Shown here piece after piece: positions 12,701 through 39,800 of a stretch of DNA of 64,000 nucleotides. Source of the stretch: Tubulanus polymorphus (taxonomy: Eukaryota > Animalia > Nemertea). The DNA lies in contig NC_134029.1 in NCBI RefSeq assembly GCF_964204645.1, forward strand, positions 19,338,950-19,402,949. The letters are read 5' to 3'. A program made the position numbers and the translations under genes. Positions within the stretch are counted from its first letter, which is position 1; each line of letters starts with the position of its first letter. Below the pieces are notes generated by a model that was not told the origin of the DNA, searched no databases, and saw nothing but the letters and a program-made list of their open reading frames with translations.

Positions 12701-13984
12701 ATGTATACTGACCCATCATTGCCTCGGGTAAACACGATAAAAGTAGAATATCCAATCAAATTCTCAGTTCGATTTTCAGTAGCTGTAGAAGTTTTCGCCA
12801 TCTTAACCGAAAAATCTTATTCATAGCATGATGATTTATTCGCATTTTTCTGTAAAATTTACTTCACCATTATATGCCTTTTAGAGTAGATAGAGTTTTT
12901 CATTCCTTGCTCGTGGATTTTGGATATAAATCTTTTTTGAATCCATACTTATCGTTATGATTATCTTTGATTTAATTCGTTTAGTAGTACGTCATTTTGG
13001 TAGAACATTTTCCAATCTATTCTGTATATACGTATTATATTTCATCTATAATTTCATTCAATAACAATATTTTTGAATCTGTGAAATCGCGTAAAGACCA
13101 ACGCAATATTGCAGGTATATTCGATGAATATTTTTTGTTTTACCTTTTAAGGATAGAAATAACCCTCGCGAAAGGTCTGACGGCTGAACTTAATTTTTCC
13201 CAACAACCCAATAAATCTTGTTTGTAGTTAAACGACGTCAGTCCATTATATATTTTTCCCCACAGACGTTGCTTGAGTTATCGACCAGGTTACGAAATGC
13301 GGTATATGCATCAAATATGAAATGGTCCACGTGGCAATAAATTCAAATGTGCTGGTTACCCGATATGGTACATGCCTCATTCAGTTTTAAACATGCCACG
13401 AAACAATAAGAAAATCGAGCAATGGCTGAATATCTAGAAAGCCTCGTCGGTGTCTGAAGATAGGCTATTAAGTTTAAGCACTTGGGACTGGAAATTCAAG
13501 TTAGCAACCGCGCAGCGGTTCATCATAGAAGGCACAGCTGTCCGCATGGTTTCTAGTCCCACGGATATTTTCTTATTCATAATAATTGAAAAACTTTATA
13601 CGAATTCATTTCGCTGTCGTTAATTTAGTCATCATTGCGCGACAGGATACTGATATGTATAATTCAGCTATCTAGCAGACAAGCGTTATACCCAGTGGAA
13701 ATGGGATTAATCATTGCCCGCGGGACCCCTATAAATTCAAGTCAAACTATCCCTGGACTTATTATTCACATCGGTCAAACCTTTCACTCGGAATTATCAC
13801 TCCAAGGACGAATTCGTCTAATAGGTCCGTCGAGGTTTGGCGCGACCGTCGGTCGATTGATCAACTTTGAAATTGAAAGATGAGTAATGGCGGCGAAAAA
13901 ACTCAATCAATGAAGGGAACGACCAGAGCTAAATTGAATTCTGCTGTCGAGATGGCCGTTGGAGATCATATTTCTAAGCCGGCG

Positions 13985-14465
13985 TTGTTTGAAGTTTGAC
14001 CACTGGCAGACGATTGACCGTCTATTTCTGACCATGTCGACGACTATAACCGACAAGAATAGGTTCTCGAAATGCTTTGTTGTCGGATTGATGAGAAAGG
14101 GATTGGGAGAAAAAGGTCCGTTGAGCTTTCTTCCCGTCCCGTCTTTGATCGCGATAAAGTAAAAAGCTGAAAAAAATATTGATGACGAAAAAAATCAGAT
14201 CGTGTTGAAGCCGGGTTGCGTCGTTGGAAGTTTGACCACTGATACACGATTGACCATCGATCTCTGACCATGTCAACAAGTATAACCGGCAAGAATCCGT
14301 TCTTGAAATGCTTTTCGTGTCGGTTTGATGTGAAAAATGTTGAAGCGTTCTTGGCAATTTAAGGAACACGGCAGTTGAGTTGTCTACGCCGGTTCGTCTT
14401 TGATCGGATTTAAGTTGAAAACTAAAAAACCCGATGACGAAAACGTTCTGATCCTGTTTCGAAAT
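13985..14465. repeat. Diverged tandem duplication, two ~240-bp units
   Basis: GAAGTTTGACCACTG..ACGATTGACC..TCTGACCATGTC..TATAACCGxCAAGAAT..GAAATGCTTT..CGTCTTTGATCG..GATGACGAAAA occurs from ~13990 and again from ~14227. Confidence 0.8.
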
Positions 14466-14899
14466 AACTGCCCTCCGGCCAGACAAACCGAGATGAAAAT
14501 CGGTCGATCGTAGGTTACATTTTCTGAATTTCATCGATGCAAATGTTAACATGGACTACGAAAGAACGGCCAGATGTGCACGGTCTCAGGGGAAAATCAA
14601 CTAGCGACTGGGTGCCGTTTTAAAGCAAGCGTCCCGCACAACACAGAGTTTCTTACCGGAATGGTATACCATCGATCGAGATTATGCTGTCTTCGTATAT
14701 ATGAATATACTTACTCAACACTTTAGTTAAACATGTTTCGATCGATGAAACACCGAAGAGTTTGCAATCTCGGCATACCATGTCGACACAATTCAATTCA
14801 ATTCAAACTTTTTTCAGTTGTAAATGTGTACAATGCCCGACGTAATATTTATACAGAAGGTTGAAACACAAAAAGGATAAAAAACATGAAAGGCACAAA

Positions 14900-15170
14900 A
14901 TTATCATTATTACTTTATTATTATCATTATTACCATATTTAGTGCTCTGTACAAGGTAAAAATACATGCTCCAAAGCACTCACAGCATATTAAAAGACGA
15001 TAACTATAATTTCTTTATATATATATTTTCAAAACTTCTTGAAACAGTTAAAACTATCAATAGATCGGATGGTAAGTCATCCAGATAAAAGGTCCTGATA
15101 ATTTGAAACAGCGTTCACCATATTGTGATTTTGCACGAGGCAATTTTAAAGGACTACGTTGAGAAGGGGG
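14900..15170 (-). mobile_element. L2/CR1-clade LINE 3' remnant
   Basis: Degenerate ORF2 C-terminus LKLPRAKSQYGERCFKLSGPFIW...IRSIDSFNCFKK followed by a (TAA)n-type tail. Confidence 0.65.
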
Positions 15171-15722
15171 AAGAGCAGCAAGCCGTAGATATGTCGAATG
15201 ATATTTTCAAGGACTACAAAGCAGCAAGCCGTTGTCGTTTCTTGAATAGAGATTAGACAGCAGATTAAAACGCGACCTCTGCGTGATAATCATCCCTCGA
15301 CTGGCTCACATGGAAGCAACAGTTTCGACGTGATAACTCCCTTCGGGGCGAAGATATATATAAATGTCAATGAATCTTACCTATCAGTAGAAAAACGAAC
15401 CACAGAGGCAGTTGCCATTGTGGTGTAATATAGACCCTTTCATCAACTTGCTGAAATTTATCTACACGTTGGGAGTAAAAAAATTGTTATCTTAGATCGC
15501 CGAAGTTTTCAACTCGTAGTTGCTGCATGATACGAATCAAGTTTTATTTTTCTGGGACCATTTTGAAAAGGTCCTTTTCAAATTCGTGTCTTGCTCGAAA
15601 TGCGATATATTTGTCTATAAGTGCCTTTTTGTCAGATGGTGGGCTTGGTCTATTATCCGTTGACGACAGAAACCAGAAACATACTTGCATTGGAAATAAG
15701 AGAATCCATTGTTTAGCGAACG

Positions 15723-15910
<188 letters not shown>

Positions 15911-18224
15911 TATATATACTTGATCTGGCCAAGGGGAATATCTACAAAATTGTCGCTTCGCTTCGTGATATAAAGTGACATTGCAAGCGCCTTCTTTTTT
16001 TTAATTCGAATAGAATTTTTCCACATCGTTTCAAACGTGAAAAAAATCCGACGAAAACTTGTTCGTGATTCTCGTACTGGATTAACCAAATAATATATTT
16101 TCATTCTGGGCGAAATCTGCATTGATAGAGAGAATCGGCGATTATTGTGGAGGTTTTGATTTATGCTTTGTCTTTTGATTAATGCGGGCTGTGTAGTTTT
16201 TACGGCAGACGATCCATCACCGCCTGCGAGAGAGAGAGGGAGAGAGAGAGAGAGAACGTTTTCACTATTCAACGAGGGTGTTACGTTATAGCACGAATAC
16301 GTCGTTTACGCGCATAACTGACACTTCAATTTCGAATCTCGCCGACTCGGTCGAGATCGTATCTGGCGTCGTCGCCTTGTGACCAGAATTATCGGGCGCG
16401 AGTCACGCCGTATCAGCGCCTCGTATCTGGCGTAAAGCCTGCTCGGGAGCCTATTGAAAATCGATACGTTGAATAGTAGAAAATAGCTCGCTGACTGTTA
16501 ATCTCTTAAATAGGCGCTCGAATTATTGTTTTTCGATGCTTATCGCTCGAATAAAAACATCGGTATATTTCACCGCGCCGATCGCGTTCGTTCGAGTGGG
16601 GAATTATAATCGCTGGAATATACACCAGCGAGCCGAGTCGATGCGAAAATCAATTTCGTCCATTTTTGCGCTTCGCGATAGATACCGGCAGCGGTGTCTT
16701 CTTTCACAAATCATTCTCGGGCGCGAATCGATGCGAGATCGCGAAGTTCGATATTCGCGTACTCTAGACTATGGCTATTCACTGGCGGACGTGTAAATTA
16801 GCAAGGACTCGATGACCCGTCGGCGCGTATATCATCGAATTGATCGATAATTAAGTTTAGGTCGATGATGGCAATGGTGATTAAACGCCATTCATTCAAT
16901 GAAACAGATAGGAAGAGGGAACTAACGCGAAACGGTGTGAAGAAACTCGACCTCATCAGACTAAGAAATCGCACGCTATAATGTTTTCTTTTTGCTAGCT
17001 TGTTAATTATATATTCTATACATTGGTATCGTCTGCCAATGTCAATGAAGACGTCGAATAAAAGTATTCTTCGAAAAAAGCCTACTTATTAGCCCGACGA
17101 TATCGATTCGTATAGGCGTGAAAATCTGATTCATCAAGACCTTTGCTATTTCGATACACGATTTCAAGCTTGTTTAGAACAATTAAACATCACACTTCAC
17201 ACAACGCATCGACTCATCGGCAGCTCGAATAGTTTCACTGGCAATTTTCGTCAATAAATTTTACTCACATGAGGTGTGTTACCGATATAATAATGTCTGC
17301 TATAAATACCAATGATATAATCGACAATCCGATCTGTTCACGCTGCCGGCATTGAAACGAGCTCTTTAAAGTTCCTAGTCAATATAGATGCTGTCTCTTC
17401 ATACCTAATAGAAGTTTCTGTAATAAAACACTTCATTAATACCAATACTAATTCAAGTATCTATATATATCTATACATCGAATGCTTGCCATATACGATC
17501 TTGCGTAAACGGTGCTTGGTACTACAAAAAATGGACATACTTTTTTTTCTCGCTTTCTTATACAGAGAAGAAATTCCACGCGATCTGTAATTAAGGTTTG
17601 ATAGAGAATTAAGATACGTTTTTCCGCGACTGGACGAAGAGTCGTGAACGGATTTATATTTGATCCAGTCTTTTTTGACCGAGATGTAATCATTTGATTT
17701 TTGTGGCTCAAGCGACACAAAATGAGGCTGTTTTGCAGGGAGCCAGCGAGCGAGCGAGCGAGTGGGGATAGATGCAATCAGCTAATTGTTATTCAATGAG
17801 AAAACACGCTATAAAGTCTATTGAATCAGTCATTCTCCAGCGACTGAAATGAGTCTTGTCATCATTCTGTCCGGCCTCGGGGCTGACAACGACGATGAAA
17901 CGGTAAACTATTCGTCGTCGTTAAAGATCGTCGTCGTTTCGTCCCGAGATTATTTATTAAATACACTATTACCGTAACCGTTGAAAGGTAAAATTTGCCC
18001 TAAATCCATCTGGTGATTATGTTCAATTAGATCGAAGCCAGTTCGCAGAACTACGCGCACTCGAAGTGCTGTGTATGATTTCTGTACGGCACGGTGATCT
18101 TTCTCCTCAAACACCATAAGCATGGTGATTTTCGAAAACGAAAAACATTTTTTAAACTTGAAATTCTTAGAGCTTAGATTGGAATATGTTTGTTTATGAT
18201 CTCAGTCGGTTGAAATTGACTTTT

Positions 18225-18325
18225 CGTTCTTGAAATAGGGATTTACTCTGTTATTCGTTAGGTTGCCAGATTTCGTTTGATTTTCTGATTTGGTGTCCCT
18301 TACAAACCCACCACACCTGCAACTA
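18225..18325 (+). repeat. Dispersed repeat family A, partial copy
   Basis: TTGAAATAGGGATT...TTGGTGTCCCTTACAAACCCACCACACCTG matches 107-218. Confidence 0.7.
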
Positions 18326-19601
18326 TGCATTGAGGTTCATTCTCATAATGTGCTTCTTTTGAAAAAAGTGCCCCCTTTTTTCTTTGGTGAGGCAATAAAA
18401 CTTTAACCGTGGATCCGCACCTAATTTTGGAAAAAATACGTGACAAAATGCTATACCCAAAAATCACAGTATTAGAAAAGTTCATTTATCTCCGAAAACG
18501 AAACGGAATATTTGAAATCAACGAATCTTAACCAGTCTCAATGATACCTCTTCTCTCATGTTCAAACTCGTTAAGAGTCGGTTTCTGCGAACGAGTGCCT
18601 CGATGTTCAAATCAATGGCTAGCTCTCTGAAAATGCTCTGAATTCTCTGGAAAGCATTTTTGTTTTTTTTTTCGAACTACATCGACGCTGAAACACTCAG
18701 GCCAGTCTCTATTACTCATTGTTCACAAGTTTCGAAGGCGTTGATGGTATCGATATCATATAGCGTCAGATGCGCAGACGACGGAGAGGTAACGTCTACT
18801 GCACGCGCGTTTGTTTTAATCGTTTTTCGATTTTCACCGATATTTCAACATGCCTGAGAATACAGCGTTGAGAAAAAAGAACTCGCCTCGTTCGTCGCGC
18901 TTCTTCTTCTATACACGATGAGCCCCGCGTACACGCCAGGTGACAGTTTCCCAAATATCCGACAACATCAACACGATGTATATACATGTGTGTGTGTATG
19001 TGTGAAATGTCGCCGCGCAAGAAACCGATTTTAATCAAGAAGATTCGTGGAGTGCGCTCTCGAATCATTTTGCCGCGTATTCGCCACGTTAAGAGTTCTC
19101 ATGCCGGCGAAGTAATGCCTAGAACAAAGCGCTTTTCGAGCAATTTCGAAATTGATTTTCGTAATTGCGCTAATTTCAATCGCTTCTTTGGAGTGTGGGT
19201 TTGCCGTTATTTTCAAAGAAATCGACGCTGCGAATGTATTATTTGCTATACATGCACAATCGTGCTTACGGTATAGAATCTTACTTTTTCGAACTGCTGC
19301 ATCAAAGAACGCGCGTTTTCACAAATCTTGCCACAATGATATCATCTGCCTTCCTTCGGATTTATAATCCGGCTAGAAGTTCTACTTTAAACCGGAAAAT
19401 AAGATGCAACTGAGCTTGTTAAATCGGCTTTTGGTCCGCATTCGCCAAGGCGTACTCAAAAGGCATGCTTAATCTAAAAAAAAAACATAGCTAAAATAGC
19501 AAAAAGCGAATACGGTTTGTATTGAGAAAAGAAGAATAGTCGGGTCGTTGAGCTGCTTGACATTTCAAACTCTAATGGCTTTGATGATGACAAATGCACA
19601 G

Positions 19602-31796
<12,195 letters not shown>

Positions 31797-34700
31797 AATG
31801 GAATTTCATGCCGAATGGGAGACACTAGTATTACCAACCCACACCCCGTTGATGTCTGTTTTGACGCGCATTTATCGTTTTCCTCGACTGACTGAAAAAA
31901 TAAACAGTTATATGTCACATCTACAAACGCGACCGTGTATCGTAGAAACAAGTGATAAATTTTCATCCGTGATGTGTTCAGAAATTGTGTAGATATCCGA
32001 TTTGCATAAAAGAAACTCTAAATTTTGTATATTTTACATTATATACGTAGGCCTATACATATAGCTATTCGAGATGCTACATTCGTCTTGCGAAACAGCG
32101 TGCTTTTCTATATACCTCAGATATATAATAATTGCTGTCTTTATTTCCTATCGCCTGGTATGAAATGAATGAATACATAATAGATGGTTTTGGCTATCGT
32201 TATTTTTTACAACTATCGACAATATCTCGAGTATCTCGCTTTAATCGTATGGAGATACGGGTCGGATAAGGTAGATGTAGACATACCGATACGCGATATC
32301 ATCGGCATTTCTTCTACGAGGATGCTTTGAGTAGAAAAAGAGACTGCATAAGCTTATAGAGATATTGTCTCGAGTTGCTGCTCAGCTTCCCCGTTAAAAA
32401 AATTGTAGCAACGGCTATCGTTTTGTGATATACTTTTGACCATGTGACTGCAAGTGTCGGTGTGGCAGCTACATAATTATATCTATATAGAAGTTTTCTA
32501 TCTTGAGCGCCAATTTGTGAGGCTCCTCCGCAAAAAATCCGACGATGAAATTAACGAATATTCGTATACACTTTTCGCAGCTTAAGTATGCAAACTGTTC
32601 TGCGTATAGATTTCAATCGTTCCTCGAGTTTTCGTTAAGCTCGAAAACGAATTTCCAGTAAAACGAGCGCATCGGCGGCGATTTCTTTTTAAAAAGAAGC
32701 ATTATTTTTGTATATTACTATACATATATATACATATATAAACTATCGGTGGTGATGCGCGGTACATCCTGATAATCTGTAAATTGTAAATAGCGTTTAC
32801 GAAATAATTAACAAGAACCTGACTATGATATGACCTCATTCGGCGAATGAGTCATTCATCTAGGCCTATAAACCGGCAAATATTAAAATCGGTTTTTATT
32901 TCACGAAAACTGTTGCAGATGTTTCATTCGATTTGGTTGGTCGTATATTTGAAGGGAAGGTGCGTTGACGCCCCTCAACGTATCTTTTTCAAACACTATT
33001 GCCTATATACGTATAACCGGTACGGCATAATTTATGCTGACGACGGTGGTCGTTTGGAATATCACACGGTTTTCGCGCATATACTTGTATGAAATCTGTA
33101 ACATTTTGAACTAAACGGGAAACAAGATACAATTGATTTATTATCGTAACCTGACTTCCAGTATTGTCAGACCTGCAGCGCGTGTGACGGACAGAAGGGC
33201 AGATGAAAAACCATCGACGTTGAAATTCTGTCTTGTTTAAATGTTTGTCCGGTCATTTCTGTTGATAGTTTGATGATAGATATTATTCCTTTCGGCGGTC
33301 TCACGTCCCAATCATAAGGGTATGACTCTGTTATGAAACGGGGGTTTATCTAACTGTTAATTACTAAACAGATACGGTCTACCAACCGGAATATTGTATT
33401 TGACAGATGATTATGGAATTTACATTTTGACTATTAAACTATGTAAAACCTCTATTTCATAACATTTCCACGTTCACAGTTAGATTTAGTTCGGGGTCGT
33501 TGAATCCCCGAAAACTCCAACAATTGCTTTCGTTCTAATACACGTCAGTCACGTCTTATGCGGAAGACTAAGAATTTAAACGCTTTGGATGTTGTCACTC
33601 GATTGAAATGCATGTAGGCCTATTACGGGAGCATAAAAATAGAGAAATTTTGTAAAGCACTAAACAATATATATATAATATGTGTACGTCGATGTAGCTT
33701 TAACAGTTGTCACTTTTGGAAAGTAACTTTTCTAGATGAATTGCCTATGGCAGTCCTAGGTGGTGCACACAAGGATCTTCATTGGTCTGAACTAAAATTC
33801 GTATGGGACCAAAAACTTTTCATGTCTTTGTAACACTTGCTCAAGTTAATTTTTATCCGTGTAAGTTGGGTTTATTAAGTGGATGGTTCCGTGTCGGTGC
33901 TGGCTTGTATAGCAACTAGATCTTGAATATTTGATGATGATGGTATATCTGCATTCTGAATTAATAGGATAGAGTTATAGCTTGCAAGTTGGATTATTGA
34001 ATTTCCGATGGGCAAAGACAGTGCAATTTGCACGGTGTAAATCCTGAGCGCTTTGACAAAAGCCAGGTGTAAGCTAAGGGCAATATTTTGGCTGTGCAAA
34101 AACATTTAGAACTGACGAAGAGAATGATTGAAAGCGAAACCCACGAATTAAGATATTACGTTTGAAATCACAATAGCCAGAGAGATGATGTAACATCAAC
34201 CACATTTCATAATCTTTAACTTAAGATAATGTTAGATTGTGGCCATTTCACTTTCTGTTCTTCCCAGTTTCTGGTGTTGAATTGTATCCGATATGATTCA
34301 AGTTATTTTCGATTGGTCCCGAAAGCCATCAAATGGCGATCGATATTGATGGAGATGATGTAAATACGGAAAGTTTTGTATAATACGGACTGATTATTTG
34401 ATATGATACATGTATTAAGGAACATTGAAATCGATAAGTGCCAAGTGTTTTTTTTTCGAAGGAATGTAGTTCGCTTCACAGTGTGATTCGCGAATATCGG
34501 TGTAGTCTCTCGCTTTGCGGTGATATTGTGATAGGTATAATTAATACATGTAGAATCGCGCGTATGTAACGATACTGTTCTGTTGCCATATTCTATTTCG
34601 ATTTCGGAAAAAAATGAAAAACTTCCGACAATTTCTTGTGGTATGCTATGCGTAGATACCACCACCTCTCTGACGGGAGCATCTCCGAATAAGCTTCGAA

Positions 34701-36805
34701 GTGCCAACCAATACTGGATTATTTTCCTGAATCTTAAGTCGTGTTCTGTTTTTATGCAATTTGTTTTTAAAGACTATCGTTTGGTTATGGATATATAATT
34801 CAAAAATATACTATTTCATTATATAGTATTGATAATTATGAATATCTTCGACTATTGTAATGTTTTTTGAACTTCATACTTCATAATAAAAGATCGTAAT
34901 GAATGTAATAAGCTATTCTGAAGAGCGTTTGCATTGTTTTCTCCGACTTTCAAGTCATTTATCTTATCTGACCGAACAGCAGTGCAGAGTGGAACTTCGT
35001 TATGATACGTACGTACAGCCACAGTATAAGAAACCAATAAATTCAAAACATCGTTTAGTTACTGTGACATAGAATCAATACACTAATGGAAACTAAACAA
35101 GCAATGAAATAAGGCATAACCTAATTACAGATGAAGAAAACTACGAAACTGGTGAAAGAATATAGATTTATATGCAAGTAAAATCTCTTAATATGTATAC
35201 GCCGAAAAACAAAGTTGAAAATATTAAGACGATGGAAAACATGATTTGATGAATTTATGAAGTAAAAAAAGAATCATATCGGTAACTTCAATATAGAGTC
35301 CATGGAAGTTTGTTGTAAGGGCCGTTCATCTAAACGTTCGTAGGAGCGGCCATTTTTAAATATCGGCGCTAATCGTCTGATCATGAGCTTCTTCATTTCA
35401 TGCATTTTGAGAGCATCTCCAACCCTCATGTTACCGCGCAGACGTTCAAAGTATAGGTACATCAAATGTTTTGAGAAAAAACCGTTGGAACTTGAACGGT
35501 GAAAGATCAATACGGACGACTCGCTTCAAAATTCAACCCAATTCACGAGGCTCTAATGTAATACGTGGCATATTCTGTTTAGGTTGGTTACGAATTTGTT
35601 GGTGGTAAGCTTTTATGATGGGCTTATACATGTACCAACACTATAGCTTATACGCGGGAATATGCAGGCAAAAAATGTATAGTCTGTTTGAAATGTCATC
35701 AAATTCCCAGTTTTCTTTGAGATTGGTTCTCCGTCCACGGTTTTCCCAATTGCGGTCATCCCCGATCGTGCTTTCACTGGGAACCTTAGTGTCAGTGGTG
35801 TCAATGGCAATCGCGACCCCTGGTTCACGCGAGCTCTTGGTACACGCAGTATACGAACCGGCCACTCACAGGACTTGGTGAAATCGTGCTAAGCACTATC
35901 GAGGGCTACAGGCTCATGAACACGGGCCAATAGTGACAGTTTTGCTCCCGAAAAGACAACTAAATGACATTCGTCTCGAAAACAATCGCCTCAAGTGCGT
36001 TCAAACAACAAAACGAATATGCGGCGTAATAGAGGCAGTCGTTTTTTTCTGGAAAACAAATAAATCGTTAACCTGTTTAACCCACCAAACTGAATAGAAC
36101 ATCTAATCAAATGATATTTTGTTTGGAGACCTGTTTATTTCTATATAATTCAATCTCGCCAATTTCGGAACCCACGATGGAAATATAATCAGGACGAGAC
36201 GAGCTGATACACAATATCCGTGTATGATGATAACGAGAGAAATCCCACAATAAATTCAGCCAAAAATGAAAAGTTCTATATAAAAATGATTATATTTCGA
36301 GCAACGTTTCGGCTTCGGCTTCGATGTGGGATTTCTCTCGATAATCAGGACCCTAATCAATATCGAATAGGACGTAAGTAGGCTTCCTGTGAGTAGACTC
36401 CGCTCGATAACTGCCGTTCAACTCGGATGTTTGTTGAAATAAGTCACACTATTTAATAAAAAAATACATAACATCTAACTCGGATATCACTCTCAAGTCC
36501 GTCACATTTTTACGGTCCAAAGAGATCCGACTTGAGACTATGTATAGTGCTTCTGCCAAAAACCGAAGGAACAGAAAAAAACTCCATCAAACTTTAAGTT
36601 ATGGATATTTATTACTTTGTAAAATCAATATATAATATCTCAATATTCAATATGTTATAATATTAAAATCACGATACACCATATAATGACATAATCTATA
36701 AAATCTTGGATATCTGTTGTTTTTTTAATGATAAAAAGTCAATCGTTCCTTCCATCGCCGACGACATTCTGCGATCCTTCGGGCATACACAATTCCCCGT
36801 TAAAT

Positions 36806-39800
36806 TCAGTCAGACTATATAAATAAAACAAAACGATACGAAGCACGATGAAAGGTTTGAACATGATATCTCGCTGATATGTCGACACCAATCGGTGAAC
36901 GGTGCCAATATTTCTAATAACCGCGCACTCGAGGCAGCTCCAGACGCTCCAGGCCGCGATGAATCATCTACGTATTTATTCGTAAATGTATCGGAAAAAA
37001 ATGTTTCCGAACAGCGCGTTCGAAAATAAATTCACCCAATCATGTATGGGGATTATCACGTCAACACGACGAGTAATATAAAGTCCGAAAAGTTTCCATT
37101 AATTAATTGATTCGATGTTTTGTCTATTACCTTAGGCCCTTCAAAGTTGATACCGGTACTTTGTTTCTCATGCAAACCAAAACATTTTTTGTTTATGAGC
37201 TTTTTTGAAATAAAAAGGTGGAAATAAACTCAAAAATAATATTTTCATATTTTCCAAGGAGAGATGAGGGCGGGAGGTCTTTTCTTTTTAAATCCAAAAA
37301 TTATTCACTGTATAATACTATTTGAGATGAGGGCGGAAGCAGAGACTTGATCCATAGAAGGTTAAGTGAACAGATCCAAGAAATGTTCATTTTGCTTATT
37401 CTAAAACATCTAAACTGCAAAACTTATTATTTCATTTCTATTTTGACTTTCGGGAGTGACGCGGGCGGCTTTGCGATTTGACGAGAAACAAGGTATCAAC
37501 TTTGAAGGGCCAAATAGTCGTCTTCAGGAATACTGTTAGCGTTTCATCTATGGTTAAAAACTCACCCATTCATCGGAATCGACGCCTTCCGTTAGATCTT
37601 GGGGTAGAGGGCTATCCTGTACTTCCATTTTAGATACCATTGCACTCAACAACTATTCCAGAATTAACGAAATAAGGTAAAATAGAATCATGTCATGAAC
37701 TGAATTATTCATTTAGAGTTTTTCCAGTTTTTGCACTTTGATTTTGGCATCGCAAATCGAGCCAGGGCCGAAATACGTTTCAACCAATCCAATGCCTCCT
37801 TAAGCCCCAAGGTCTTTTAACCTTGACCCCATCTAACAGATATAACTTAGAGTTAGAAGCTGATTAGAAAACAGTATGTACAGACCTCTTCTTTCTTCTG
37901 TTCGTCAGTTTTGAATTCTTCTTCCTTATAACTTTTATATTTCTTCGGTTTTGGAGCACTGACTGGAGCCTCACTCACTGAAAAATTCAAAGGATTCACA
38001 AAAATGGTATACATTAACTCTATTTTTACTATATGCTCACAAAACCGATTTATATGGTTTAATTACTGTGGACTCAGTTGCAAAGTCATTGCTTAGATTT
38101 GTCTAAGACCATCTCATTTCCATAGTCGATCTGTCCCGAATGTGCAACTGACCCCTGTATCAAATCAACTATTTTATCAAATGTGAGTACATGAGCCGAG
38201 GGTCTGATCTAAGCACTTGCCCGATTGCCCGGGGCAAGTTAATTTTCATTAGGGCAAGTAGGTTATCATTATCACTTTTCCACCGGGCAAGTGCGATTTA
38301 ATGTCTCAAAGCTTTTTTCCCACTTGATACAACTGATGATCATGCCACCACACTGCCTGTGTAGAGCAAGTTGATTTTTGAGGGGGCCAGTGAAATTTCA
38401 CTTGCCACACGGGCAAGTGGCTTTTATTCCCTGAATCGCACCCTGTGAGCGCAGATATACTTACGTGGTTTCATGTCTGAAGGCCGCAGACTGATTTTCT
38501 CGAACACTCGACTAGCACCGTTCATCCATTCATCAGCAGTCATCGTTGGTTTCGTAGTATCATTCGTATCGGGAAATATGTCGTCTTGAAAATATTCCAT
38601 CTGTTAAAGACGTAGATTTAAATATTCAACAGATCGTTTAGACAATATGAGTTGAAGAATTTATCACCGGTCAATTTGAAAGGGATAAAAAACATATTTC
38701 AATTGAAAAATGGTTAAGTGGTAAATATCGTCTTTCAATCCAGCATCCTATGGGTTTGAATCCTGGGGTCGGCTGAGTTTCCTAGTCGCAGATTCTTCTC
38801 AGGTATTTCTACCCTTAATCGAAAAAAATTTCAAACCCGCCCTGAGTTCTCGCCGTGTTTGAGGATGAAAAAAGAAAATATCAACGAAATTGGTCATAAA
38901 TCGCAGGGATAAATCACCTTGACTCGTGGCACCGTGAAAGAAATAGGCTCGATCGACGACGCGGTTAATCGGAAACCTTTGGCGAATTCGACGTTCTTCA
39001 CATCGCAACGTAGCTTCGGCAAGAAACCGATGGCCTGGTGTAGACTGTCCGCTTTATAGGTCGACAGCGGAAACAAATGAGGATACTCGGTGTAGGCTTC
39101 GAATGCGTAAACTGCGGAATCGCCCTGAAATTGAAGAGGAAACATTCTACAGTCATTTTATCTGTTCAATAAGGGCTACTAGGCCTTTAAAGTAATGAAA
39201 TTCATTGGAACATTAAGATTTGTTCATCTTATACCAATGGTATATACAGTTGACTCCGCTTGCCTCCATCTCACGCACCCAACAAATCTTCTCTTCAGGC
39301 AAGAACAATCTGGGGCAGTTGGAGCGAAAATAGGCTTCCATTGCATGAATTGGAATACGAAAATTCTAAACATTTTAAGTCCACGGCATGTAATAATTTG
39401 AGGTTATTAGCTCAGTGACAAGTAGATTCTACAGTAAATTTAAGTGGATTAATGAGCAAAACCCAAGTTGATGATATAACAGTTTAATCTAACAGTTTCA
39501 AAGTTTTGACTAAACTTCCATCATCAGAGAAATGAAAATAACATGAAAATGATACACAGTAATTCAAAAATATAGATGTTTACTGAGGAAGGTTAGGGAC
39601 AGGAACTAAGAGACAATCGCTAATATACAGAGAAGACTGTCAGTTAGTTTAGTTAAGAAGAATTTTACGTCCTAACTGCAAGTAACGCTAAAGGCCAAGG
39701 CCTTTTAATAGGTTGTTATGGTTCACAACCTGACTAAATCCGAATAAACTGTTATAAATATCATCGACTGTGGGTTCACTCGTAAACTCTGAGATACAGA

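Noticed and set aside
15260-15720. Possible LINE endonuclease (..IVV*YRP) or Penelope remnant
   Set aside because: Only a few residues of resemblance among stops; not supportable without an HMM search.
33720-34110. CpG-poor segment with a 76-aa - strand ORF
   Set aside because: No recognisable motif; likely a decayed transposon fragment but unassignable.
36233-36341. 16-bp inverted repeat CGAGAGAAATCCCACA / TGTGGGATTTCTCTCG
   Set aside because: Single copy in the window with no clear TSD; at most a small decayed MITE.
38710-38775. tRNA-like A/B boxes in a CORO7 intron
   Set aside because: Too degenerate to fold; probably an old SINE head.
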